This document shows, in pieces, positions 30,125-40,979 of a DNA stretch of 64,000 nucleotides. Position 1 is the first letter of the stretch. Each line of letters begins with the position of its first letter. The DNA lies in NCBI GenBank assembly GCA_007096525.1, contig SFAQ01000031.1:15666-79665 (forward strand), given 5' to 3'. Origin of the DNA: Microcystis wesenbergii Mw_QC_B_20070930_S4 (GTDB lineage Bacteria; Cyanobacteriota; Cyanobacteriia; Cyanobacteriales; Microcystaceae). Below the pieces are notes generated by a model. It was not told the DNA's origin. It made no database searches and worked only from the letters and a program-made list of their open reading frames with translations. A program made the translations under genes and the position numbers.

Positions 30125-32131
30125 ATGTCTGCATTTATTGAAGTCGATCACATTGATAAGGTTTTCCCTCTCCCCGATGGCCGTCAATATATTGCCCTAA
30201 AAAATATCGATCTCAGCGTTACTCAAGGGGAATTTATCTCTTTAATCGGTCATTCCGGTTGTGGGAAATCCACCCTCTTAAATATGGTCGCCGGACTCGA
30301 TCGCCCCACGGTGGGAGGGGTGATTTTAGAGGGAAGAGAAATTAAAGGCCCCGGCCCCGATCGCATGGTGGTCTTCCAGAATTATTCTCTGCTGCCTTGG
30401 TTAACCGTCCGGGAAAATATCGCCCTAGGAGTTAACCGTGTGCTGCGTCATCTGCCGGCCGCTGAACGCAAAAGTGTCATCGAACATAGTATCGATATGG
30501 TACACCTGCGCCATGCCGCCAACAAACGACCGGGAGAATTATCGGGAGGCATGAAACAACGGGTAGCGATCGCCCGCGCCTTGGCCCTACGGCCAAAAGT
30601 CCTGCTACTCGATGAACCCTTTGGGGCGCTGGATGCGTTAACCAGAGGCAATTTACAGGAACGTTTGATGGAAATCGTCGAAGAAAGCCACGTTACCTGT
30701 ATCATGGTCACGCATGATGTGGATGAAGCCCTATTACTATCCGATCGAGTGGTGATGTTAACCACCGGTCCGGAAGCCCATATCGGTCAGATTCTCGATG
30801 TTCCCATTCCCCGGCCCCGGCATCGTTTAGAAGTAGTTAATCACCCTAGTTACTACGCCCTCCGTAACGAGATCGTTTATTTCCTCAACCAACAGAAGCG
30901 ATCGAAGAAAGTCGGTCAACCCACCGGACCGGTGACGGTGATCGGCCAAGCTACCCGACTGAAAACCAATCCCACCATCGGTTTTATCCCCCTCACCGAT
31001 TGCGCCCCGATTATTATCGCCCAAGAGAAAGGTTTCTTCGCCGAGGAAGGATTAGAGGATGTTATCCTGCAACGGGAACCCAACTGGAAAGCACTTGCCC
31101 AAGGAGTGGCTACCGGTCGTCTCGATGCAGCCCAGATGGTGGCGGGAATGCCCCTGAGCATGACCATTGGGGCCGGCAATAAGCCCTCTGTCCCCGTGAT
31201 TAGCGCTTTGGTACTCAGTCGCAACGGTAACGCCATCACCCTCAGCAATAAATACAGGGAATTGGGGGTAGAAAAACTGGAGGACTTGAAGGATGCCCTC
31301 CTGCAAAGTCCCGATAAAATCGCCACTTTCGGCATGGTTCACCCCGCCTCCATGCACAATCTACTGTTACGCTACTGGTTAGCTAGTGGCGGCATCGATC
31401 CCGATAGTGATGTCAATTTAGCCGTAATTCCGCCGCCTCAGATGGTTTCCCTACTAAAAGCGGGTAATATCGACGGTTATTGTGTGGGGGAACCCTGGAA
31501 CTCCTACGCCGTTCACGAAAAATTAGGCTACGTTATCGCCACCGATCTTGATATTTGGCCCGGACACCAGGAAAAAGTCCTCGGAGTCAAGGAAACTTGG
31601 GCGGCGAAACATCCCGAAACCCATATCGCCATGGTGAAAGCTTTAATCAGAGCCTGTGAATACTGCGATGATCGGCGTAATCGAGAAGAAATCGTCAATA
31701 TTCTCAGTCAGCCCCAGTATGTGGGCGTGGATAGCGCAATTATTCGCCCCGGTTTCCTCGATGGTTACGATCGCGGTTTAGGAACTGCCCCCGAACCCCT
31801 ATTCCGATTTAATCAGTTTTACGTCGATCAAGCTAACTGTCCGGGCCGGAGTGAGGCCCTATGGACCCTAACTCAGCTTGCCCGTTGGGGTTACGCCCCT
31901 TTCCCCCGCAACTGGGTGGAAGTGATTGAACGCGTCCGTCGTCCCGATCTGTTTGGGGAAGCTTGCCGGTCCCTGGGCCTTCCCGATTTGGAACCCGATC
32001 GCCACAGTTTTGCCCTCTTTGATCATCTTATTTTCAATCCTGACGATCCGATCGGCTATCTAGAACGTTTCTCGATCCGTCGCGATTATCGCGTCTCGGA
32101 AGTTCTCCTCGATGATCCTGTCGCTAATTAA
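30125..32131 (+). CDS. nrtC: Nitrate ABC ATPase with C-terminal NrtA-like regulatory domain
   Basis: GHSGCGKS, LSGGMKQR, second domain with GYCVGEPW. Confidence 0.93.
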   Translation: MSAFIEVDHIDKVFPLPDGRQYIALKNIDLSVTQGEFISLIGHSGCGKSTLLNMVAGLDRPTVGGVILEGREIKGPGPDRMVVFQNYSLLPWLTVRENIALGVNRVLRHLPAAERKSVIEHSIDMVHLRHAANKRPGELSGGMKQRVAIARALALRPKVLLLDEPFGALDALTRGNLQERLMEIVEESHVTCIMVTHDVDEALLLSDRVVMLTTGPEAHIGQILDVPIPRPRHRLEVVNHPSYYALRNEIVYFLNQQKRSKKVGQPTGPVTVIGQATRLKTNPTIGFIPLTDCAPIIIAQEKGFFAEEGLEDVILQREPNWKALAQGVATGRLDAAQMVAGMPLSMTIGAGNKPSVPVISALVLSRNGNAITLSNKYRELGVEKLEDLKDALLQSPDKIATFGMVHPASMHNLLLRYWLASGGIDPDSDVNLAVIPPPQMVSLLKAGNIDGYCVGEPWNSYAVHEKLGYVIATDLDIWPGHQEKVLGVKETWAAKHPETHIAMVKALIRACEYCDDRRNREEIVNILSQPQYVGVDSAIIRPGFLDGYDRGLGTAPEPLFRFNQFYVDQANCPGRSEALWTLTQLARWGYAPFPRNWVEVIERVRRPDLFGEACRSLGLPDLEPDRHSFALFDHLIFNPDDPIGYLERFSIRRDYRVSEVLLDDPVAN

Positions 32132-32177
32132 TGGTTGTGGTGGGTAAAGCCCACCTTAAAATAAATCTAGGACGAAT

Positions 32178-33176
32178 ATGCAAACTTTTACCGATAAGAC
32201 CGTGAATTCCAGCACCACTACCCAGCCTTTTTTATTAGTTAGTAATGTTGCCAAAGAATACCCCTCCCCCGAAGGGGTTTACACCGTTTTAGACGGTGTG
32301 GAGCTGCAAGTCAATGAGGGGGAATTTGTCTGCATTATCGGTCACTCCGGCTGCGGTAAATCGACCCTTTTAAATATGGTGGCGGGGTTTTCTTCTCCTA
32401 GTCGTGGGCAAGTGCTGCTACAGGATAAAGAGGTTAAGGAACCAGGACCAGACCGGATGATGGTATTCCAAAATTATTCGCTTCTGCCCTGGAAAACTGC
32501 CTTTGAGAACGTTTATATCGGGGTTAATTCGGTTTATCCCGAAAAATCTCAGGCTGAGAAGGTGAAGATTGTGGAAGAAAATCTATCCTTAGTGGGATTG
32601 ACAGAGGCAGCCCAGAAAAAACCCCCCCAATTATCGGGAGGCATGAAACAACGGGTAGCGATCGCCCGCGCCCTGGCCATTCGTCCCCAAGTCCTCATCC
32701 TCGATGAACCCTTTGGGGCCTTAGATGCGATCACTAAAGAGGAATTACAGGAAGAATTGCTGAAAATCTGGCAAGAACACCAGTTAACCGTGTTGATGAT
32801 TACCCACGATATCGATGAGGCTTTGTTCTTGTGCGATCGCTTGGTGATGATGACCAACGGCCCGAGCGCTAAAATCGGTGAGGTGTTAAAGATGCCTTTT
32901 GCCCGTCCCCGGGTTCGTTCCCAAATTACCGAGGACCCCCGTTACTACGAACTCCGCAATGAAGCTCTCGATTTCCTCTACAATCGTTTTGCCCATTCGG
33001 AGGATCCCAACGAGGATGCCCCCGAACAACCCCGCACAGAAAATCTCGTGGGTAAAATTGTTACTACTATTGGTGGCATAGCTTTACTCGCTTTTGTCGG
33101 TTTTAGTCTAATACAAATGTTCACTAGCAAGACTCCCAATACTGCTAATCCTGCCACCATAGAGGCCCCCAGATAA
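32178..33176 (+). CDS. nrtD: Nitrate ABC ATPase with hydrophobic C-terminal tail
   Basis: GHSGCGKS, LSGGMKQR, ILDEPFGALD. Confidence 0.92.
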   Translation: MQTFTDKTVNSSTTTQPFLLVSNVAKEYPSPEGVYTVLDGVELQVNEGEFVCIIGHSGCGKSTLLNMVAGFSSPSRGQVLLQDKEVKEPGPDRMMVFQNYSLLPWKTAFENVYIGVNSVYPEKSQAEKVKIVEENLSLVGLTEAAQKKPPQLSGGMKQRVAIARALAIRPQVLILDEPFGALDAITKEELQEELLKIWQEHQLTVLMITHDIDEALFLCDRLVMMTNGPSAKIGEVLKMPFARPRVRSQITEDPRYYELRNEALDFLYNRFAHSEDPNEDAPEQPRTENLVGKIVTTIGGIALLAFVGFSLIQMFTSKTPNTANPATIEAPR

Positions 33177-33200
33177 GTATCAGTTATCAGTTATCAGTTA

Positions 33201-33827
33201 TCAATGATTAAGGTGTTCAAAGACTGATTTATCACCGATATCGTTGGGGAGAGGTTGGCTTAACTTTCCCAGAGCAAAGATAACGAATAAAGTCGCCCAG
33301 AGAATTAATAGACCCTTCTCCCAATTTAAGGGCAATATCCCCAAAAGATGACCGAGTAAAAGGGTGGGAACTAGAGGGGTTAAAAACTTGGTTTCTAGAC
33401 GATTAAAACAAAAAGCTTCTTTGAAATAAATCCCCGTGAGACTAGCAAAAATAAAGCCCACACCCAATAAACTCACCGGGTGGTTATAGACAAATTCTAG
33501 GGGAGAAAGTTGATAATAAAGGCTGAAAATTAGGGAAGTAATCGCCCCGATTAGCCAAAAAACTTGCAGGAGACGATGGAGGGGAATTAAATAAATATGG
33601 ATAGTCAGTAAACTGATGCCTAACCCCAGACAAAAACCAATGTATAAAAGGTTGGTCAGGGGCAATAATTGCGGTCGTGTGAGAACTATAATTGTAGCGA
33701 CAGCGAAACTAAAAGCCGCTAAATTTAATCCCAGACGGTAGAGACGTACGCCTAGGCGATCGCTATCGGTAATCGTAAACTCTCCGAATTGACCTTGATA
33801 AACTCGATCGACAGCAGGGGAAGTCAT
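33201..33827 (-). CDS. DUF2301-like integral membrane protein
   Basis: YQGQFGEFTIT, KEAFCF, DIGDKSVF; several TM segments. Confidence 0.75.
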   Translation of the reverse strand: MTSPAVDRVYQGQFGEFTITDSDRLGVRLYRLGLNLAAFSFAVATIIVLTRPQLLPLTNLLYIGFCLGLGISLLTIHIYLIPLHRLLQVFWLIGAITSLIFSLYYQLSPLEFVYNHPVSLLGVGFIFASLTGIYFKEAFCFNRLETKFLTPLVPTLLLGHLLGILPLNWEKGLLILWATLFVIFALGKLSQPLPNDIGDKSVFEHLNH

Positions 33828-33975
33828 AATGCTCTAAAGAAAAAGGGAAGCTTAGAAAAGATCGACTACAAATCATCTTAATCTTGAATTATGCCAGTAG
33901 CCTCACTTCTCCCTCCTCTCGGCTGACTAATTGCGAGTTAGGATCAAGGTTACATTTCCTTTAGATTTTTAAGCC

Positions 33976-35952
33976 ATGTCGTTGAACCAAGAATCCCTCG
34001 CTTTTAGCCATGGGAGGGTCAAGAACTCAACTAGCGAAATTTTGATCGTGGGCGGTGGTATCATCGGATTAGCGATCGCCGTCGATTTGCAATTGCGCGG
34101 GGCAAAAGTTACCCTCCTAGTTCGAGATATAGCTCAGGCCGCTAGTCGTGCGGCTGCGGGAATGTTGGCCCCCCATGCGGAAGGGATTCCCCCGGGTCCG
34201 TTTCTCGATCTTTGTTTACAATCGCGCTGGTTATATCCAGAATGGAGCCGCAAAATCGAGGATTTAACGGGGATAAACAGCGGTTACTATCCCTGTGGTA
34301 TTCTTGCTCCCATTTACGAGCTAGATCAGCCTATTAGTGCCAATACAGCTAATAAAATTTGGTTAGACAGCAATGCAGTTCACCTCTACCAACCCGGACT
34401 AGGTAAAGATGTGGTCGGTGGTTGGTGGTATCCCGACGATGGACAAGTAGATAACCGGCAGCTAGTGACTGCCCTGCAACAAGCGGCCGAAAATTTAGGG
34501 GTAGAAATTCGCCAAGGGGTAGAAGTCCACGCCATACAACAAAAGCAGGGAAAAGTCAAGAGTATTTATACCTCAATTGGGGAATTAGAAGCAAAAATTT
34601 ACATTTTAGCGGCGGGATCCTGGGCCAGTCAACTTTTACCCCTCCCTATCCATCCCGTCAAAGGTCAAATGGCCGCGGTAAAAATGCCCCCTAATCAGAC
34701 CTTAACTAGGGTTTTATTCGGTCCCCAAACCTATCTGGTTCCCCGTCGCAATGGTCGTTTAATTATCGGGGCCACTTCCGAAACAGTGGCCTGGCAAACG
34801 GGTAATACACCCCAAGGACTACAAACCCTTTTTGCGCGTGCTACCCGTCTCTATCCCCCTTTAGCTGACTGGGAAATCGAGGAAATGTGGTGGGGATTCC
34901 GTCCGGGTACAGCCGATGAATTACCCATTTTAGGCCGCAGTAGCTGTGATAACCTGATTTTAGCCACAGGTCACTATCGTAATGGCATTTTACTCGCTCC
35001 TGTCACTGCTTCTTTAATCGCTGACCTAGTAATTAATCAAAAAACCGATCCGATTTTGACCCATTTTCGCTGCGATCGCTTTAATCAACCGTCACCCGTT
35101 ACTATTCCACCTATGTCCTTAACTATTATTGAAAATCAACCCCAAGCGCTTTTATCGCCCCAAAATGATCGCCTCACCATTGCCGGGAAAACCTTTCACT
35201 CCCGCTTGATGACTGGAACTGGCAAATATGCCAATCTGACGACTATGCAGGAAAGTATTAGTGCCAGTGAATGTCAGATCGTCACCGTTGCCGTTAGACG
35301 AGTACAAACGAACGCTCCCGGCCATGAGGGATTAGCAGAGGCGATCGATTGGTCTAAAATTTGGATGTTACCCAACACTGCCGGTTGTCAAACGGCAGAA
35401 GAAGCGATTCGGGTGGCCCGTTTAGGACGAGAAATGGCCAAATTATTGGGACAGGAAGACAATAACTTTATTAAACTCGAAGTTATTCCCGATCCTAAAT
35501 ATTTATTACCCGATCCGATCGGAACTTTGCAAGCGGCCGAACAATTAGTTAAAGAAGGTTTTGCCGTACTGCCCTATATTAACGCCGATCCTCTCTTAGC
35601 CAAACGTTTAGAGGAAGCCGGCTGCGCCACGGTTATGCCCCTAGGATCGCCAATTGGGTCGGGACAGGGGCTGAAAAATGAGGCAAATATCGCGATTATC
35701 ATCGAATCGGCCAAAATTCCCGTGGTGGTCGATGCTGGGATCGGTACACCCTCAGAAGCGGCCCGGTCCATGGAAATGGGGGCCGATGCTTTATTAATTA
35801 ACAGTGCGATCGCTATGGCCGCCAATCCAGCTATGATGGCCCAGGCCATGGCAATGGCGGCAAAAGCGGGACGTTTAGCCTATTTAGCGGGAAGAATGCC
35901 GATTAAGTCCTATGCTAGTCCTAGTTCCCCCCTGACGGGAACGATCGCCTAA
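33976..35952 (+). CDS. thiG: Fused glycine oxidase / thiazole synthase (ThiO-ThiG)
   Basis: [19 protein letters not shown] (ThiO); [27 protein letters not shown] (ThiG). Confidence 0.93.
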   Translation: MSLNQESLAFSHGRVKNSTSEILIVGGGIIGLAIAVDLQLRGAKVTLLVRDIAQAASRAAAGMLAPHAEGIPPGPFLDLCLQSRWLYPEWSRKIEDLTGINSGYYPCGILAPIYELDQPISANTANKIWLDSNAVHLYQPGLGKDVVGGWWYPDDGQVDNRQLVTALQQAAENLGVEIRQGVEVHAIQQKQGKVKSIYTSIGELEAKIYILAAGSWASQLLPLPIHPVKGQMAAVKMPPNQTLTRVLFGPQTYLVPRRNGRLIIGATSETVAWQTGNTPQGLQTLFARATRLYPPLADWEIEEMWWGFRPGTADELPILGRSSCDNLILATGHYRNGILLAPVTASLIADLVINQKTDPILTHFRCDRFNQPSPVTIPPMSLTIIENQPQALLSPQNDRLTIAGKTFHSRLMTGTGKYANLTTMQESISASECQIVTVAVRRVQTNAPGHEGLAEAIDWSKIWMLPNTAGCQTAEEAIRVARLGREMAKLLGQEDNNFIKLEVIPDPKYLLPDPIGTLQAAEQLVKEGFAVLPYINADPLLAKRLEEAGCATVMPLGSPIGSGQGLKNEANIAIIIESAKIPVVVDAGIGTPSEAARSMEMGADALLINSAIAMAANPAMMAQAMAMAAKAGRLAYLAGRMPIKSYASPSSPLTGTIA

Positions 35953-36006
35953 CCGATTAAGCTAGGAATGGGCTGTTTTCAGCGATTAGAGCCAGCAAAA
36001 ATCTCT

Positions 36007-36759
36007 ATGACTACAGACAATCAAACTGAGTATGTTGCCGCTTTAACTGATTTACACCGCGGACTTGACCGTAAAGGGCCTGGCGACTCTGACTTCTCCC
36101 TAAAAATTTTGAGTAATCTCTCTATTTTGCCCCTCAAGCCGCGAATTGCCGATCTAGGATGTGGAAGTGGTGCTAGTGCTTTACTGCTGGCACAATACTA
36201 CCAAAGCCCTGTCATGGCAGTGGATTCCTCATCGGTTTTTATCGACGAACTCAAAACCCGAGCAAAACAGCTTGGTCTTGAGCATTTAATCATTCCAATT
36301 CATGGTGACATGGCTAAACTTGATTGGTCAGTGGGTTCAGTTGATCTACTTTGGTCTGAGGGGGCTGCTTATAATCTTGGGTTTGAGCAGGCCCTTAAAA
36401 TCTGGCGACCGCTTGTTTCTAACAACGGGATTGCCGTCATCTCGGAGATGAGTTGGTTTACTAATGAGCTGCCAGAGCCGGCTGTGGCCTATTGGCAAAA
36501 CGCCTATCCTATGATGGGTAATGAGTTTGAGAATATCGTTCGGGCTAATAGGTCTGGTTTTAAGGTACTTTCTACCCAGAGGCTGCCCAGTCAGGTTTGG
36601 TGGCTAAATTATTATCAACCTCTCCGTGAGCGAATCGGGCAGCTGGAAATCAGCCCAAGTAGCTCATCGGTTATTCGTGAAACTGAAGAAGAGATGAAAC
36701 TTTTTGAGAAATTCAGCAACTTCTATGGTTATACCTTTTATGTTCTGCAAGCGGCCTAG
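36007..36759 (+). CDS. Class I SAM-dependent methyltransferase
   Basis: DLGCGSG, GDM, DLLWSEGAAY; start reassigned to ATG 36007. Confidence 0.88.
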   Translation: MTTDNQTEYVAALTDLHRGLDRKGPGDSDFSLKILSNLSILPLKPRIADLGCGSGASALLLAQYYQSPVMAVDSSSVFIDELKTRAKQLGLEHLIIPIHGDMAKLDWSVGSVDLLWSEGAAYNLGFEQALKIWRPLVSNNGIAVISEMSWFTNELPEPAVAYWQNAYPMMGNEFENIVRANRSGFKVLSTQRLPSQVWWLNYYQPLRERIGQLEISPSSSSVIRETEEEMKLFEKFSNFYGYTFYVLQAA

Positions 36760-36944
36760 AAAAAAAGCCGTCCAATTTATGATCAGCTTTGTTTCGCAGT
36801 AATTCCTATCGTTAGGTACAAAATCGACGGGAAAGCCACAACCTGAAGCAATTGCGCAAACAACAGATTAGAATCATCGAAACCCGTTAAAATAGGGGAG
36901 ATTTGACCATCTCCCCCCACACCACAGATCAATAAATCCCACAA

Positions 36945-38480
36945 TTAACGCACTTCAAACAAACGATTATCCGGTAAATTACTAATCGATCGCTGGAGAC
37001 TATTCAAGGATCTATTGTAATCGACGATCGCCTGTAGATAACGACTTCTGGCATCGGTTAAATCCCGTTGGGAGTTGATCACATCGGTTTGGGTTCCCAC
37101 ACCCGCCTGAAAGCGTAAACGGGCTAATCGCAGACTTTCCGTGGCCGATTCAATGCTTTTTTGCGAAGTTTTAATGTTTTCTTGGTTAGAAATCAAACTA
37201 TAGTAGGATTCCTCCACTTGAAGGCGAATTTCATTGCGACGGAGGGAGAATTCCGTATCGGCGCGATCGATATTTCTTTCCGCTTGACGGGCGCGAGCAA
37301 AAGCACGACCACCATCAAAGAAAGTCCAGCGAATCCGGCCACCGACGCTAAAACCATCGCCAAAACCGGCTTCATCACTGAGATCGTTGAGGACATTATA
37401 CTGACCCAAAAGGTCCACTTGGGGAATCACCGCCGAAATAGCGATCGAGCGGTCTTCTGCGCTAATTTCCCTCTGTAAGAGTTGTTGTTCTAATTCCGCA
37501 CGATTTTTATAGGCCAAAACGATACTATCATCAAGACTTAAGCCCCAAGTTCCCGCCTCGCGAATCTCATCTGCTGCCGTTAACTCGATGTGCTGACCGA
37601 CACTCAAGATCTGTGCCAGTCGCCGTCGGGAAATACGCTGGTTAGAAATCGCCCGGGTTAAGTCTTGGTTAGCGTTAGCGAGGTCAACTTCCGCCTGTAG
37701 GACAGCAAATCGGGTTCCTAGTCCTGCTTGCTCCAATAATTGTGCATCGCGTAAACTTTGACTAGCATCTTCGATCGCAGCTTGGGAGATCGCTACCTGA
37801 GCATCACCCCTCTGTAATTCATAATAGGCATCGGTGGCATCAAAACGAGTTTGTTCCGAAACTCGTTCCACCTCTAATTCCCTTTGCCGGATGACTTTTT
37901 CGGCCCTTTTGATCTGGGCTGCTCGTTGACCCCCCGTATAAACCCCATAGACGATGCTAACACTACCCTGAAGGTTGGTACTATCTTCCGGTGTAACTGC
38001 TGGGATTCCCTGTTGACGGGCCAAATTATTCTGTCTTTGGGCAGCTGCCGATTGATCTTGAGTGAGACTGGTTTCCGCTTCGGCCGTGGGTAATAAAGCG
38101 GCCTGTTGTTCTTTTAATTGGGCGCGAGCGATTTCTAAATCGACCCGGGCTGTCTGTAAGGTCTGATTATTTTTTAAAGCTAATTCGATCGCTTGATTTA
38201 AGGTGAGCGGTTGTACTACCCTAATATTCACCTCATCCGGTTTGGTGGGAAAAATTAGGGGATTGCCACTAGGATTAAGATAATTGGGGGCTTTGGGATC
38301 TGCTGCCGTGGTTGCCGGTGCCGCCGAGGGACTGGGTAATTGAGAAACTGGATTGGCAGTAGGTCGGGGTTTCTTCAATAAATCGGCAGCGGACTGAGTT
38401 TGTGCCTTAACCGAGGATTCAGCCAAGCAAATCAACCCAAGCACCGCACTCACGGTAATACCATAACGCAAGAGCAACAT
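36945..38480 (-). CDS. tolC: TolC-family outer-membrane efflux protein
   Basis: LTLNQAIELAL, ARLRFQAGVGTQTDV; signal peptide from ATG 38480. Confidence 0.88.
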   Translation of the reverse strand: MLLLRYGITVSAVLGLICLAESSVKAQTQSAADLLKKPRPTANPVSQLPSPSAAPATTAADPKAPNYLNPSGNPLIFPTKPDEVNIRVVQPLTLNQAIELALKNNQTLQTARVDLEIARAQLKEQQAALLPTAEAETSLTQDQSAAAQRQNNLARQQGIPAVTPEDSTNLQGSVSIVYGVYTGGQRAAQIKRAEKVIRQRELEVERVSEQTRFDATDAYYELQRGDAQVAISQAAIEDASQSLRDAQLLEQAGLGTRFAVLQAEVDLANANQDLTRAISNQRISRRRLAQILSVGQHIELTAADEIREAGTWGLSLDDSIVLAYKNRAELEQQLLQREISAEDRSIAISAVIPQVDLLGQYNVLNDLSDEAGFGDGFSVGGRIRWTFFDGGRAFARARQAERNIDRADTEFSLRRNEIRLQVEESYYSLISNQENIKTSQKSIESATESLRLARLRFQAGVGTQTDVINSQRDLTDARSRYLQAIVDYNRSLNSLQRSISNLPDNRLFEVR

Positions 38481-38724
38481 GAGTATCTCAAAAGTAAACA
38501 GTAAACGATAAGAAGTAAATAAGCTCACACCACTATGTTGGCCGATTACTAATTACCGATAGTAACACGGGAGCATGAAAGCCACCGTCTTTTAAGCACC
38601 AGCTAAAATCAGATTCGATTGATTTGGAATTGTCTCCTTATTCTCTTTTTTGCCCAATCCACCGGCTAAAAGGTTGGTGAAATTCTCTGTTGTCTTTTTG
38701 TATCCTTAAAGATACACTGGAAAC

Positions 38725-39015
38725 ATGATTGAAATTCGCCAGACCGAAACCTATTCTGAGTGGTTTAGTGCTTTGCGAGATCATCAGGCCAAGGCACGCA
38801 TAAATATCCGCATTCGTCGTTTATCTATGGGCAATCCGGGTGATGTTAAGCCAGTAGGACGAGGTGTATCGGAACTGCGCGTTGATTATGGACCGGGCTA
38901 TCGCGTGTATTTCAAACAACAAGGTGAGACTTTGATTATTCTCTTGGCGGGGGGAGACAAACGGACTCAAGAACGGGACATCAAAACAGCATTAGATTTA
39001 GCCCAATACTTATAG
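38725..39015 (+). CDS. RelE/HigB-like addiction-module killer protein
   Basis: GNPGDVKPVG, SELRVDYGPGYRVYF, LLAGGDK. Confidence 0.9.
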   Translation: MIEIRQTETYSEWFSALRDHQAKARINIRIRRLSMGNPGDVKPVGRGVSELRVDYGPGYRVYFKQQGETLIILLAGGDKRTQERDIKTALDLAQYL

Positions 39016-39025
39016 GAGGTTCTCT

Positions 39026-39316
39026 ATGGCTACAATTCAGACTTATCCTTGGGATGCAGCAGATCATTTGAAAACAAAAGAAGATATCGCTGCTTATCTG
39101 GAAGCTGCCCTCGAAGAGGGCGATCCTAGCTTAGTAGTGGCAGCATTAGGCGATATTGCTCGTTCTCAAGGGATGACTCATATTGCCCGTGAGACGGGTT
39201 TGGGACGGGAGAGTCTCTATAAATCTTTGTCGAATCAGGGTAATCCAGAGTTTGCTACAGTTCTTAAGGTTTTGCAAGCACTTGGGTTACGCCTGCAAGT
39301 TGTACCCATTATCTAA
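39026..39316 (+). CDS. Addiction-module antidote (HTH)
   Basis: WDAADHL, ALGDIARSQGM, RESLYKSL, GNPEF. Confidence 0.9.
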   Translation: MATIQTYPWDAADHLKTKEDIAAYLEAALEEGDPSLVVAALGDIARSQGMTHIARETGLGRESLYKSLSNQGNPEFATVLKVLQALGLRLQVVPII

Positions 39317-40857
39317 AAATCCCCCATCACTAATCCTACTCCATCCCGACGCGGATCGCCCGTAGCGGTTAACTCCCCCCGATCATTCACGAACACCCCA
39401 TGCACACCCCCAAAAAACATATTTTGTTCTTGCCACCGGGATACTTGAGTATTTGCGGGTAAAACCAGATTTTCGAGCATATTCTCCCGATCTTCTAAAG
39501 GTTCAACTCCTAATTGTTGATTTTCCCAATGTATGCGCGAAGCAGCGATCGCATCGGGTAAAGATTGCCGAAAATCGATTAAATTGCTAATAACTTGCAA
39601 AATAGCGGTGCGAATGCGATTGGAACCCCCAGAACCGAGAACAAATCGCGGCTTTCCTTCCTCTAAAATCATCGTCGGGGACATCATTGAGGATAAACGA
39701 CGATCAACGGGCCAATTGTGAAAGCCAAAGGGATTTAAGTCCGCTTCCCCGATCATATTATTGAGCATAATTCCCGTCCCCGGCACGGTATAAGCTGATC
39801 CTTCACCGTTGGAAAAGGTGGCGCTGGCGGCATTACCTTCCCCATCGATAATGCTAATATGGGTGGTACTGCCCCATTTATTGGGATATTTGCCTAAAAA
39901 TTCCGACGAGAGGAATTGCTCTTCGATTCCCTCCTGATGGATAAAATTATCGTAGCCTTGAGCGCGTGCTTGATTGGTTAAGGCCATCACTTCCGTTAAA
40001 ATTTGCAGATGTTTGGCTCCTAGATGCTCTAAAGCCGATAAATTAACTGTTTCCAGTAATTTTAGGGCAAAAGCTAGGAGAATTCCCCCAGAACTAGGAG
40101 GCGGATTAGTCAGTATTTCGTAACCCCGATATTGGCTTTTTAGGGGTTTTCTCTCAAGGACTTGGTAATGATTTAAATCCTCTAGGGTAAGATAACCACC
40201 CTCCTGCATATCTTTGGCAATTTGGTGGGCGATTTCTCCCTCATAAAAGTCTTTTACGCCTTTTTTGCTTAATTCCTCTAAGGTGTTGGCAAAATCGCCC
40301 ATCACACAGCGATCGCCAGCTTGGAGGAGTTTTCCTTGCGGGGCATAGACTTTTAAACCCTCTCTATCTTTGAGCAGGATGGAAGAGAGTAAACCCAGGC
40401 AAAAGCCGTTATATTGGCTCAAAATGTAGCCTTGTCGAGCATATTCGATCGCTGGCTCCGCTACCACGGCAAAGGGTAATTTTCCTAGTTTTTTCTGCAC
40501 TGTTTCCAATCCCCGTAACGCCCCAGTCGTAGCGATCGCACCTCGGCCAATGTGAAAATCTTGACTAGCACCACCAAAATTGATCGCCACAGGGTAAAAG
40601 TCGATATTTGTCAAGGGTTTTTTAGATTTTGGAGTTTGACAAAAAAAATCAAAAAGGGTATTGACTTTTTCTTTGGTATGTGCTAGTAAAAAACCGCCGC
40701 CCCCCGCGGAAGCGAGGGTGAATTCGACCACGAAGGCCGCTAAAATCGAGCCAACTATCGCATCGAAGGCATTGCCGCCCATTTCTAAGATTAATTGTCC
40801 AGCTTCGGCAGTTTTTGGATGTCCTGCGGCGATAGCGCCCTTGCTTTTGCGAGTCAC
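39313..40857 (-). CDS. ggt: Gamma-glutamyltransferase family protein
   Basis: GGNAFDA, GGGGF, PPPSSGG, STTHISIID, SMMSP, GSGG, DPRRDG. Confidence 0.88.
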   Translation of the reverse strand: MTRKSKGAIAAGHPKTAEAGQLILEMGGNAFDAIVGSILAAFVVEFTLASAGGGGFLLAHTKEKVNTLFDFFCQTPKSKKPLTNIDFYPVAINFGGASQDFHIGRGAIATTGALRGLETVQKKLGKLPFAVVAEPAIEYARQGYILSQYNGFCLGLLSSILLKDREGLKVYAPQGKLLQAGDRCVMGDFANTLEELSKKGVKDFYEGEIAHQIAKDMQEGGYLTLEDLNHYQVLERKPLKSQYRGYEILTNPPPSSGGILLAFALKLLETVNLSALEHLGAKHLQILTEVMALTNQARAQGYDNFIHQEGIEEQFLSSEFLGKYPNKWGSTTHISIIDGEGNAASATFSNGEGSAYTVPGTGIMLNNMIGEADLNPFGFHNWPVDRRLSSMMSPTMILEEGKPRFVLGSGGSNRIRTAILQVISNLIDFRQSLPDAIAASRIHWENQQLGVEPLEDRENMLENLVLPANTQVSRWQEQNMFFGGVHGVFVNDRGELTATGDPRRDGVGLVMGDF

Positions 40858-40979
40858 TTTGATTCAGTTATCAGTGGGGAGATGGGGTGATGGGGTGATG
40901 GGTGTTAGGGGTTAGGGGTTAGGGAAGTGGGGAGAAAAAAGCTGCCTCCTGTCTCCTGAATCCTGTTTCCTGAATAGGG

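Noticed and set aside
33976-35952. ThiO-ThiG fusion as a novelty
   Set aside because: This fusion is already known in cyanobacteria
35985-36790. Methyltransferase as a decayed integron cassette (ends GCGGCCTAG)
   Set aside because: No intact RYYYAAC or GTT boxes and no L-box pairing found
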